A stretch of DNA of 64,000 nt, taken from Vulcanimicrobiota bacterium. Lineage in GTDB: Bacteria > Vulcanimicrobiota > Vulcanimicrobiia > Vulcanimicrobiales > Vulcanimicrobiaceae. The notes beneath the pieces are model-generated. The model was not told the DNA's origin, did not search any database, and worked only from the letters and a program-made list of their open reading frames with translations. The stretch covers positions 1 to 64,000 of the forward strand of contig CAWAXX010000009.1 in NCBI GenBank assembly GCA_963786105.1, written 5' to 3'. The translations under genes and the position numbers were made by a program. Below, piece by piece: positions 30,955 through 39,376 of the stretch (its first letter is position 1; each line of letters starts with the position of its first letter).

Positions 30955-31302
30955 CTAAAACGCGTTTCGGTGCAGGATCAGCCGATCGCCGTTGACGGCG
31001 ACGACGTCAAAACGAATTTTGGCCGACGGAGCGACGATCTGCGCGTAGTCGGCGGCGATGCGTCGCAAGGTGGCTCGCTTGCGGGCGCCCACCGCACCCA
31101 GCGCGGAACCGAACCGCGAGGAGTCGCGCCGTTTGACTTCGACGATGACCAGCGTCGAGCCGTCGAGGCAGACCGCGTCGATTTCGCCGCCGGGAACGCG
31201 AACGTTGCGGGCCACGACGGTGTATCCGCGGTCTTCCAAAAAGGCGGCGGCGCGATCTTCACCGGCACGTCCTTTGGCGCCGGTGTTAGGCGAATCCGGC
31301 AT
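30955..31302 (-). CDS. yraN: YraN family nuclease
   Basis: GEDRAA, RNVR...GEID, VEVK, RFDVV. Confidence 0.88.
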   Translation of the reverse strand: MPDSPNTGAKGRAGEDRAAAFLEDRGYTVVARNVRVPGGEIDAVCLDGSTLVIVEVKRRDSSRFGSALGAVGARKRATLRRIAADYAQIVAPSAKIRFDVVAVNGDRLILHRNAF

Positions 31303-31990
31303 ACGAACTCTCGAGATCGAATCCAAACGCCAGCTGGGCGTCGCGGACGCGAGCCCAGTTGGCGCGGTGATGAACGCACGGGCCGTGCTCGCGCAGCGCT
31401 TCGATGTGCAACGGCGTCGCGTAACCCTTGTGCAGCGCAAAACCGTAGCGAGGATCTTCGCGGTCGAGCTCGACCAGGAGCCGGTCGCGGTGCACCTTTG
31501 CGACGATCGACGCCGCGGCAACCACCGCACACCGGGCGTCGCCTTGGATGAGCGGCTCCTGCGGGCCACCGAACGAGCGGATGCGGACGGCATCGGTAAT
31601 GAGGTATTCGGGCTGGCACGTCAGATCGGCAATGGCGCGTTCCATCGCAAGGACGCTCGCCCAATAAATGTTCAGGCGGTCGATCTCGGCGACGCTCGCG
31701 ACGCCGACGGCCCAGGCGGCGACGGTGCTCTTAATCGTTTCCGCGATCTCGATTCGCAGCTCGGGGCGAACTTGCTTGGAGTCGTTGAGCCCTCGAATGA
31801 AGAGCGGCTGCGCCGCTACGACGCATGCCGCTACCACGGGTCCGGCCAGCGGGCCGCGTCCGACTTCGTCGACACCGCCGACCAGCGTGAAGCCGCGCTC
31901 GCGCGCGGCGGATTCGAAGTAGTGCAGCCGGTGAAGCCGGCGCCGCTCGCGCTCGTACGCGTTCTTGGCCTTACGTTGCTTGGGCGTCAT
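31286..31990 (-). CDS. rnhB: Ribonuclease HII
   Basis: GVDEVGRGPLAGPV, DSK, AAASIVAKV, HKGY. Confidence 0.95.
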   Translation of the reverse strand: MTPKQRKAKNAYERERRRLHRLHYFESAARERGFTLVGGVDEVGRGPLAGPVVAACVVAAQPLFIRGLNDSKQVRPELRIEIAETIKSTVAAWAVGVASVAEIDRLNIYWASVLAMERAIADLTCQPEYLITDAVRIRSFGGPQEPLIQGDARCAVVAAASIVAKVHRDRLLVELDREDPRYGFALHKGYATPLHIEALREHGPCVHHRANWARVRDAQLAFGFDLESSYAGFA

Positions 31991-32783
31991 CGCCGGGCGA
32001 TTCGAACGTGATGCGTCCGAACGTGCCTTCGTTGAGCGCGCGGATGTACGACTGCGCGGCATTGTGGTAATCGACGTTCCCTCCGCGGCGCACGAATCCG
32101 CGCGAAGCCGCGAAGGTTTCGAGGTCGGGTACGCGGGAGCGCGGACGGCGCCGCATCAACCATCGGTGAAAAGCCACCGCGACTTGCTCGGGATCGTAGC
32201 GGTCGCGCGGGAGCGCTCCGGAAATGGCGAGCATCCATTGCGCGTCCTTGGTCGCGATCTTGGGCACGAGAATTCCGGGCGTATCCATCAGTTCGACGTT
32301 CGGCGGCATGCGAAACCATTGCAGTTGCCGGGTAACGCCGGCGCGGTTTTCGGTCTTGGCGGCACCGCGGCGCAGGAGCCCGTTGATGATCGACGACTTT
32401 CCGGAGTTCGGCAATCCGACGACGAGCGCGCGCGAGATTCCGCTGCGGCCTTTGGCCGAGCGTACGCGTTGCGGTCGCGACGCGCGCCACGCTGCGCTGC
32501 GACCGTCCGTCCACGCTGAGCGCTTCGAGGCCGCGCTGGGCAAAGGTTTCGATCCAGGCTTTCGTCGCGTGCGGCTCCGCGAGGTCTTCGCGCGTCAGCA
32601 CCAGGATGCGCGCTCGCCCGGCGATCATCGCATCGAGCGCGGATTGCGGCCGCTGCGCGGAACGCGAGCGTCGACAACTTCGATGACGATGTCGATCAGC
32701 TTCAAGTATTCGCCGATCTTGCGCATGGCGCGGACCATGTGGCCCGGATACCACTGAACGACTCGTTCGAGTTCGGCCGTCAT
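31971..32783 (-). CDS. rbgA: Ribosome biogenesis GTPase RbgA/YlqF (frameshifts)
   Basis: QWYPGHM N-terminus; [12 protein letters not shown] and DTPG in another frame. Confidence 0.88.
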
Positions 32784-32802
32784 GCGTTAGATCGTGCCCA
32801 CA

Positions 32803-33312
32803 TCAGAGGGTGCCCACATCGGCCGGCGGCCAAATGCCCGCCAGCGCGCGGCCGATCAGTCGCTCGTCGCGCACCGGCCCGAAAAAGCGCGAGTCTTCGC
32901 TGTCGGCGCGGTTGTCGCCGAGCACGTAGACCGATCCCGGCGGCACGACGATCTCGCCAAAGGTGCGGTCGTCGGGAAAGCGCACGTAGGGTTCGTCGAG
33001 GCGGCGGCCGTCGATCGAAATGCGGCCCACGTCGACGCGAATGCGGTCGCCCGGAAGACCGACGACGCGTTTGATGAATACCGCCCGTGCGTCGTCGTCG
33101 CGTCGAAAGGCGACGATGTCGCCTCGCTGCGGCTGCGCGAGCCGATAGGCAAACGTATTGATAAGCACGTATTCACCCGACGCGATGTGCGGGGCCATCG
33201 AGAGTCCCGAAACCTGCGGCAAGCGCATGAAGAACGCCGCGATCAGAAGGGCAAGAATCGCCAGTTGCAACGCCAGGTTCGCAAGCGAGCGCCAGGACAG
33301 CGATCTCGACAC
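32803..33312 (-). CDS. lepB: Signal peptidase I (short paralog 3)
   Basis: SGLSMAP, IKRVVGLPGD, GDNRADSEDSR. Confidence 0.88.
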   Translation of the reverse strand: MSRSLSWRSLANLALQLAILALLIAAFFMRLPQVSGLSMAPHIASGEYVLINTFAYRLAQPQRGDIVAFRRDDDARAVFIKRVVGLPGDRIRVDVGRISIDGRRLDEPYVRFPDDRTFGEIVVPPGSVYVLGDNRADSEDSRFFGPVRDERLIGRALAGIWPPADVGTL

Positions 33313-33332
33313 GAGATCCTAACTTCTAGGCG

Positions 33333-34067
33333 TCAGAGGGCGCGGGCCTGCGACGGCGGCCAGAAGATCAGAAAAGCGCGACCGGTGAATCCGGCGGCTT
33401 CACCAGCGCGAGCGCCGCTGGCGAATCGTCCGGCGTCCTGCGCGAATCCCCAGACGTGTGAATCTTCGGAGTCGTTGCGGTTGTCGCCGAACATCATGAA
33501 GCAGCGCGACGGAATTCGGTCGGGGGCGGTCCACATCGACCTCGGCGGGATGTTGGCAGAGGCCGGATCCAGCCGCTGCCACCGATCGCCCTCGCGCACG
33601 TAGATCCCGTAGTCGCGGATTTGCAGCTCGTAGTCGGGCTTTTCTGCGACGTACGGTTCTTTTAAGGGCACGTCGTTGACGTACACCGTGCCCCCTTGCA
33701 CGCGCAAGCGGTCGCCGGGAAGCCCGACGACGCGTTTGATGAAGTCGTCGGGTGTCGGCATCGGCGGCGGAAAGACGACGATGTCGCCCCGGTGCGGTTC
33801 GTGAAAGCGATATTCGAACTTGTCGACCAGCAGCACGTCGTGAATCTGCAGCGTCGGCAGCATCGAGCCCGACGGAATGTAGTACGTTCGCGCCACGAAC
33901 GTGATCAGCACCCACGCTGCCAGCCCGGCAATGATGAACGGGTCGAGGAACTCGCGAGCCAGCGCCGTGCTGCGGCCGTTCGATCCGGCCACCACCGGCC
34001 GCAGCGAAAGGCCGACGCGAATGACGGCGATCATGGCGACGATGGCGAGAAGTTCCTGAGGCGTCAT
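33333..34067 (-). CDS. lepB: Signal peptidase I (paralog 2)
   Basis: IPSGSMLPTL, FIKRVVG, GDNRNDSEDSH. Confidence 0.9.
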   Translation of the reverse strand: MTPQELLAIVAMIAVIRVGLSLRPVVAGSNGRSTALAREFLDPFIIAGLAAWVLITFVARTYYIPSGSMLPTLQIHDVLLVDKFEYRFHEPHRGDIVVFPPPMPTPDDFIKRVVGLPGDRLRVQGGTVYVNDVPLKEPYVAEKPDYELQIRDYGIYVREGDRWQRLDPASANIPPRSMWTAPDRIPSRCFMMFGDNRNDSEDSHVWGFAQDAGRFASGARAGEAAGFTGRAFLIFWPPSQARAL

Positions 34068-34102
34068 ATGCGGTCCGGTCAATCTTTCAGTTAGCGTGGA
34101 GT

Positions 34103-34839
34103 CTAGCGAAGGATCTGCAAGCGGCGCCAGGGCCAGACGATCGCAAAAGCGCGGCCGGCAAAACCGGCGCGGACTTTTCGTTCCGCCAGCGGCCCAGCGG
34201 CGAAGTCCCCGTCCGCTGCGCGAATCCCCACACGTGCGAGTCGTCGGAGTAGTTGCGGTTGTCGCCGAGCATGAAGTAGAAGCCGTTTGGAATACGATCG
34301 GGCAATTGCCACTGCGAGCGTGGCGGAATATCGGCACGGCGCGGGTCGAGCGGCGAGCCGTCGACGTAGATGCCGTACTGCCGGATTTCCAGGTCGTACC
34401 TCGGAGGCTGGTTTTCGTAGGGCTCGTGCAGCGCGACGCCATTTCGGTAGACGATACCGTCGGAAATGCGAATGGTGTCACCGGGCGTTCCGATGACTCG
34501 CTTGACGAACTCGTCTCCTTGTGAGGGTACCGGAGGCGTGAAGACGGCGACGTCGCCGCGTTGCGGCGAATGCAAGCGATACGCGATCTCGTCGACCAGC
34601 AGGACGTCGCGGACTTGCAAGGTCGGGACCATCGAAACCGACGGAATGTAGAACGTCCGAATGACGAACGTGATGAGGAAGAGGGCGACGAGGCCGGCGA
34701 CCAGCAGAGCGTCGAGATAATCGCGTACCATCGCAACGGCCGACGAGGATCGGTTGCCGGCCGCAAATGGTTTGGTCGAGAGGGCGAGCCGGGCGACGGC
34801 GAAGACGCAGAGCAGACCGAGAAGCTGCAGCGGTGTTAC
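34103..34839 (-). CDS. lepB: Signal peptidase I (paralog 1; apparent GTA start; frameshift ~34215)
   Basis: [29 protein letters not shown]-terminus GRAFAIVWP in ORF 34103..34312. Confidence 0.85.
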
Positions 34840-35186
34840 TTGACGGGCTTCTTTTCCTTGATGCGCGCGCTCTTGCCGATCTTCTCGCTCAAATAGTAGA
34901 GACGGCTGCGGCGGACGATGCCGCGCTTGCCGACTTCGATCCGTTCGACGCGCGGGCTGTGGACGAGAAACGTCTTTTCGACGCCGACGCCGTGGGCGAC
35001 GCGGCGCACGGTGATCGAAGCCGTCGCGCCGCCGCCTTTGCGAACGATCACGACGCCTTCGAACATCTGAATGCGCTCTTTTCCGCCTTCGACGACTTTG
35101 GAATAGACCTTGATCGTGTCTCCCGGGCGGAAGGCGGGGAGTCCGTCTTTGAGCTGTTCGCGATTAAGGGCGTCGATGACGTTCAT
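34836..35186 (-). CDS. rplS: 50S ribosomal protein L19
   Basis: [26 protein letters not shown]. Confidence 0.97.
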   Translation of the reverse strand: MNVIDALNREQLKDGLPAFRPGDTIKVYSKVVEGGKERIQMFEGVVIVRKGGGATASITVRRVAHGVGVEKTFLVHSPRVERIEVGKRGIVRRSRLYYLSEKIGKSARIKEKKPVK

Positions 35187-35252
35187 AAACTTTCTACTCG
35201 CAAGATAAAACAGAAGCCGGGCGAAGCCGCGGCATAAGCACACGGTATAGTA

Positions 35253-35951
35253 TCACGGCCGTTCCTCGCCGACAAGGTCGCCGCGCCGGGCGGCGGTGCG
35301 GCGGCGCGACTCCGCCCGCCGCCATTCGGCGATCTTCGCATGATCTCCCGAAAGCAACACCTCCGGGACGGCGACCCCGCGAAAGACGGGCGGCCGGGTG
35401 AAGCTCGGGTAATCGAGCAGGCCTCCGTCTCCCGCAAAGGACTCGCTTTCGAGGGATTCCCTGCGTAAGGCCCCCGCCAGCAGCCTGACGGTCGCGTCCA
35501 TCATGGCCAAGGCCGGAATCTCGCCGCCGGTGAGGACGAAGTCCCCGAGCGAGTACTCCTCGATCGGGTACAGGGCCCCCAGGCGGTCGTCGATACCCTC
35601 GTAGTGCCCGCAGACGACAACCAGCCGGTCGAGTTCGGCGAAGCGCTGGGCGTCCGATTGATGAAACGGCCGTCCGCTGGGAGACGGCACGGCGATGACC
35701 CGCCGCTCGTTCGGAGGCGCGCCTTCGACGATGCGGTCCAGCGCGCGAGCGATCGGCTCGAGCCGCAGCACCATGCCGGGGCCGCCGCCAAACGGGGAAT
35801 CGTCGGCGCGTTCGGTGCCCTCAAGCTGGTCGAGCAGGTGGTGGTAGTGCAACGCCACGATCTTCGCGTCGACCGCTCGCCCCACGATCGATAGGCCGAC
35901 GAACGGCGCAAAGACCTCGGGAAAGAGCGTGACGACGTCGATCGTGAACAT
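35253..35951 (-). CDS. trmD: tRNA (guanine37-N1)-methyltransferase
   Basis: TLFPE, DDSPFGGGPGM, CGHYEGID, SLGDFVLTGGE. Confidence 0.96.
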   Translation of the reverse strand: MFTIDVVTLFPEVFAPFVGLSIVGRAVDAKIVALHYHHLLDQLEGTERADDSPFGGGPGMVLRLEPIARALDRIVEGAPPNERRVIAVPSPSGRPFHQSDAQRFAELDRLVVVCGHYEGIDDRLGALYPIEEYSLGDFVLTGGEIPALAMMDATVRLLAGALRRESLESESFAGDGGLLDYPSFTRPPVFRGVAVPEVLLSGDHAKIAEWRRAESRRRTAARRGDLVGEERP

Positions 35952-35959
35952 GACCGGAG

Positions 35960-36439
35960 ATGTTCCGGCTCTGGCGCCGATTCGCTTCCCCGCGCGCTCC
36001 CACGCCCTTCGATCGCGCGCTCACGTCGTTGGCTCGGCGCAACTTCCCGCGCGCGGAAATCGAGTTAACGGCGTTGCTCGACGCGGCAACCGATCCGCCG
36101 GATCGCGCGTTCCTCTTCAACAAGCGCGGCGTCGCGCGCGTCGCTTTGAAGAAAACCGAGGACGCTCGCGGCGACTTCACCGCCGCCGTCGCCTGCGTCG
36201 CCGGCTACGCCCCGGCCCTTACCAACCTCGGCAATTTACTGCTGGAAGACGGACGAACCGACGACGCCATCGCGCAGTACGAACGGGCGGTGCTCGCCGA
36301 TCCCGACTACGCGCTCGCCCATCTGAATCTGGGAGCGGCGTACAAACGCGCCGGACGATTGAAGGATGCCGTGCGCGCCCTGCGCCGCGCGCTCGCGCTC
36401 GAGAAACCTACTTCCGCGTTCGGACGTCGGCTGCGGTGA
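35960..36439 (+). CDS. Tetratricopeptide repeat protein
   Basis: TPR motifs ALTNLGNLL, AHLNLGAAY. Confidence 0.78.
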   Translation: MFRLWRRFASPRAPTPFDRALTSLARRNFPRAEIELTALLDAATDPPDRAFLFNKRGVARVALKKTEDARGDFTAAVACVAGYAPALTNLGNLLLEDGRTDDAIAQYERAVLADPDYALAHLNLGAAYKRAGRLKDAVRALRRALALEKPTSAFGRRLR

Positions 36440-36881
36440 GGTCGTCGAGATACTCGAAAAGCTGCGGAAGCGTGATGCTTTCGAGGGCGGTTCGCTCGTG
36501 GATGCGTTCGTCGTCCTCACCTTCGTCGCGAATGTAGCAGCGCGTTTCCACGCCTTTCTCGTCCTCGCTGACGAACGACACGGCGAATCCGCGTCCGGGC
36601 ATCTCGTCGTAGATGCGCATCGTCTGCGGATTGAGTATTTCGATCGAGTGTGCTTGGCTGTGTGCGTCGAAGATCAAAATCTTTAGATGATCGTAGTTCG
36701 TGACTTCGATCGATCCGACGACGAACACGTTCTTCGCCGAGAAGAACTCGTGACCGCGCTTGCTACGGCTCGAAACTTCGTAGAAGACGCGATGCGCAAC
36801 AAAGCGGTTGAGGATCTTTCGCAAGGTCGCCAGCGAGGCCAGCGTTTCCGTGCGGTTGCCGCGGGTATAGATGATCTTCAC
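36408..36881 (-). CDS. Hypothetical protein
   Basis: 157-aa ORF with protein-like composition; no recognised motif. Confidence 0.65.
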   Translation of the reverse strand: MKIIYTRGNRTETLASLATLRKILNRFVAHRVFYEVSSRSKRGHEFFSAKNVFVVGSIEVTNYDHLKILIFDAHSQAHSIEILNPQTMRIYDEMPGRGFAVSFVSEDEKGVETRCYIRDEGEDDERIHERTALESITLPQLFEYLDDLTAADVRTRK

Positions 36882-36968
36882 GAGCGGACCCGAGTGCTTG
36901 CACGGCTTGGCAGGCGGGACCTGCCAGGCAGGCCAAAGGCGTTTCGGGTCCGGAACCTTCCCTCCAGC

Positions 36969-37187
36969 ATGTTCTCCGTTCCGGATATTTTGGTGGTTTC
37001 GGTCCTGGCGCTGTTGCTCTTCGGACCGGACCGGCTACCGAAGATGATGCGTCAGGCCGGCCGCTTCATGCGAGACGTTCAGAACACGTCGCACTCTTTC
37101 GTTGCGGAAATGGAACGTGCGGCCGACCTTGCCGAGCCGGCGCCGCCACCGGTAGCGAGTCCGCCCGATGAGGCCAAAGCGCCGTAA
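36969..37187 (+). CDS. TatA/TatB family twin-arginine translocase subunit
   Basis: ALLLFGPDRLPKMMRQAGRF. Confidence 0.85.
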   Translation: MFSVPDILVVSVLALLLFGPDRLPKMMRQAGRFMRDVQNTSHSFVAEMERAADLAEPAPPPVASPPDEAKAP

Positions 37188-37194
37188 GGCTGTT

Positions 37195-37482
37195 TTAAAA
37201 GTTAAAGTTCTGGCGGAACTCGTTGACGCGTTGCGCGACGACGCTACGCACCTGCGAGTGCAGCTTCTCTTTTTGCTCGTCGGGTAGCCGGCGATACACC
37301 ATGTAGCCGGCCGCCGAGAGCAATCCGCCGAGCAAACCGACGATCAGCGCCTTTCCGAGTTCACCGGCGTCGACGTCGCCGTCGTGACTGGGCCCCGGAC
37401 CGCCGTTGTTGTAGCCGTTCCCGGCCGGATTCGAGCCGGACCATTGCTGCTGGGGCGGCGTGGTGCGAAAACTATCAGACAT
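37195..37482 (-). CDS. Hypothetical single-TM protein (YtxH-like layout)
   Basis: SD GAAGGAGG; disordered N-terminus, TM, helical tail. Confidence 0.65.
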   Translation of the reverse strand: MSDSFRTTPPQQQWSGSNPAGNGYNNGGPGPSHDGDVDAGELGKALIVGLLGGLLSAAGYMVYRRLPDEQKEKLHSQVRSVVAQRVNEFRQNFNF

Positions 37483-37513
37483 GTGTGGGCCTCCTTCGGG
37501 GCTGCTGCCGTAC

Positions 37514-37846
37514 TTACCCGGTTTGGCGCTCGGTGTTGCATCGGACGTGGTCGGGATACTGTCGAGCGATTTGCGCGACCGCCAACTCGGCCGACGTGAC
37601 GATCGCCCGGACGCTCTCGTCGTCGCGGCGCTCCTGCGGCCAGCGGATCGAAAACTCGCCCGAACGTTGTTGAGCCTCGAGTTCGACGCCGGCATACTCT
37701 TGAAGACCGAGTCGTGCGGCCTGCAGAACGGCCGAAACTGCGGCGCATACGAGGTCGTCGGCGTCGATCGCGAACTCGGCATGGCCGCTGGCAAAAATAG
37801 AGGACAGCCGATCGCGGCTGTCCCGATAGAAAACGACGTCGAGCAC
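37514..37846 (-). CDS. prp: Ribosomal-processing cysteine protease Prp
   Basis: SGHA...DLVCAAVS; directly after rplU. Confidence 0.88.
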   Translation of the reverse strand: MLDVVFYRDSRDRLSSIFASGHAEFAIDADDLVCAAVSAVLQAARLGLQEYAGVELEAQQRSGEFSIRWPQERRDDESVRAIVTSAELAVAQIARQYPDHVRCNTERQTG

Positions 37847-37858
37847 TAGGCGCCCGCC

Positions 37859-38173
37859 TTACGGCAGCGTGATCTTGGTGATCTTGACTTCCGCGAAGGG
37901 CTGGCGGTGGCCGTTGAGTTTGCGGACGCGCTTCTTCGGCTTGTAGCGGAAGACGAGGATTTTCTTGTCCTTGGCGTGGCGCAAAAGCGTTCCGGTGACG
38001 CTCGCCCCGCTAACAACCGGCGTGCCGACCTTTACGTCGGCGCCGCTTCCCGCAAGAACGACCTTGTCGAACGTCACGTCCGAGCCTGGTTCGCCGTCCG
38101 GCATGTCGCAGCGGATAACGTCACCTTCGGCGACCTTATACTGCTTGCCGCCGGTCTCGATGATCGCGTACAT
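37859..38173 (-). CDS. rplU: 50S ribosomal protein L21
   Basis: MYAIIETGGKQYKV, GHRQ. Confidence 0.97.
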   Translation of the reverse strand: MYAIIETGGKQYKVAEGDVIRCDMPDGEPGSDVTFDKVVLAGSGADVKVGTPVVSGASVTGTLLRHAKDKKILVFRYKPKKRVRKLNGHRQPFAEVKITKITLP

Positions 38174-38248
38174 AACTTCGGTACGATACCAGCCCGGGCT
38201 CGATGGTGTCAAACGCGACCGGCGAGGCCGTACCACGCCTGGAGGGGG

Positions 38249-38308
38249 TTGACGCAAGCCTTCGGACGGCGTATAGTTTTGGAGTATTCTGTAAAACAGA
38301 CTATTCTG
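38249..38308 (+). promoter_or_regulatory. Sigma70 promoter and operator palindrome
   Basis: TTGACG-17-TATAGT; TCTGT-AAA-ACAGA at 38288-38300. Confidence 0.65.
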
Positions 38309-38323
38309 AGGCTTGAAAATATC

Positions 38324-38503
38324 ATGATGGAACGTTTTGAAATGCCCTGTACCGGGCGGCTGCTGTTCACCTGGGGGCTCTATGCGGCGGCCGTCACGGT
38401 CGTCTGCCAGATCATCGCGGAACGCGGCTATCCGGCGCTGGTCGGCTGGGCCGTCGCCTTGGCGATGGGACTGGCGGTGTTGACGTGGACGCGGGAGATC
38501 TAA
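38324..38503 (+). CDS. Small membrane protein resembling the N-terminus of the next gene
   Basis: 59 aa, 2 TM. Confidence 0.55.
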   Translation: MMERFEMPCTGRLLFTWGLYAAAVTVVCQIIAERGYPALVGWAVALAMGLAVLTWTREI

Positions 38504-38505
38504 GG

Positions 38506-39084
38506 GTGGACGAGCTGACCGCGGCGCAGGCGCGCGACCATCTGGAAATGGTCGAGCGGATCCTCACGGAGTCGCAGCAACGGCTCTGCGCGGGCGGCGA
38601 GTTCTTCGTCGTCTGGGGACTCTTTTCGGGCGGCACGACGCTCGCCGGCCACCTGATCGCGCGCGGTCTCGCGCCAATCGGACTCCTTTGGGTGGTCGCG
38701 GCGGCGCTGATCGCATGCGTGGTCTTTTCCGTGCTGCGCGGGCGCGCACTTCGTGCCGTAGGGGGCCGGGAGTCGCTCGTCCAGCGCGAGTTCTTCAACG
38801 TTCTCTGGTTGACGCTCGGTTTGGCGTTCGTCGTCAACGTGGGCGCGTATCGAGTTTTTTCGGGGCTTGCGTCGGCGGGGATTTGGAGCTTCGCGGAAAC
38901 GATCGTGCTGCTGTACATCGGCATGCACGGCAATCGTCGAGCGGTGGTGTGCGGAGTGCTCGTGCTGGCGTCGTTGATCGTCGCAAACTTCGTGGCGCCG
39001 CTAAACGCCGCGTACGTGCTGGCGGCCGGCATGATCGCCGGATACACCGGTTTCGGTCTGGCCGAACTACTCGCCAGAGACTAA
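38506..39084 (+). CDS. Membrane protein
   Basis: About 6 TM segments; in an operon with a winged-helix regulator. Confidence 0.75.
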   Translation: MDELTAAQARDHLEMVERILTESQQRLCAGGEFFVVWGLFSGGTTLAGHLIARGLAPIGLLWVVAAALIACVVFSVLRGRALRAVGGRESLVQREFFNVLWLTLGLAFVVNVGAYRVFSGLASAGIWSFAETIVLLYIGMHGNRRAVVCGVLVLASLIVANFVAPLNAAYVLAAGMIAGYTGFGLAELLARD

Positions 39085-39091
39085 AAGCGTC

Positions 39092-39370
39092 ATGGACGAA
39101 CTGTTGCTCTCCAAGATTCGCCTGGGAATCATCGCGGAGCTGTTGACCGCTCAGTGGATTTCATTTTCGGAACTGCAGCGGGCGCTCGGCGTGAGTCAGG
39201 GTAACCTCGGCGCGCATCTCGCAAAACTCGTCGCCGGCGGCTACGTCGACGAAGAGAAGAGTTTCGTGAATCGGCGCCCGCAAACGCGCTACCGGCTCAC
39301 GCAACGCGGACGGGCAGCCTTTTCCGACCACGTCACCCAACTTCAAACGCTCTTGAAAACGAGTACGTAA
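39092..39370 (+). CDS. Winged-helix transcriptional regulator (HTH_34-like)
   Basis: IRLGI, GNLGAHLAKL..GYV..EKSF..RRPQT.YRLT..GR. Confidence 0.85.
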   Translation: MDELLLSKIRLGIIAELLTAQWISFSELQRALGVSQGNLGAHLAKLVAGGYVDEEKSFVNRRPQTRYRLTQRGRAAFSDHVTQLQTLLKTST

Positions 39371-39376
39371 GGCAAT

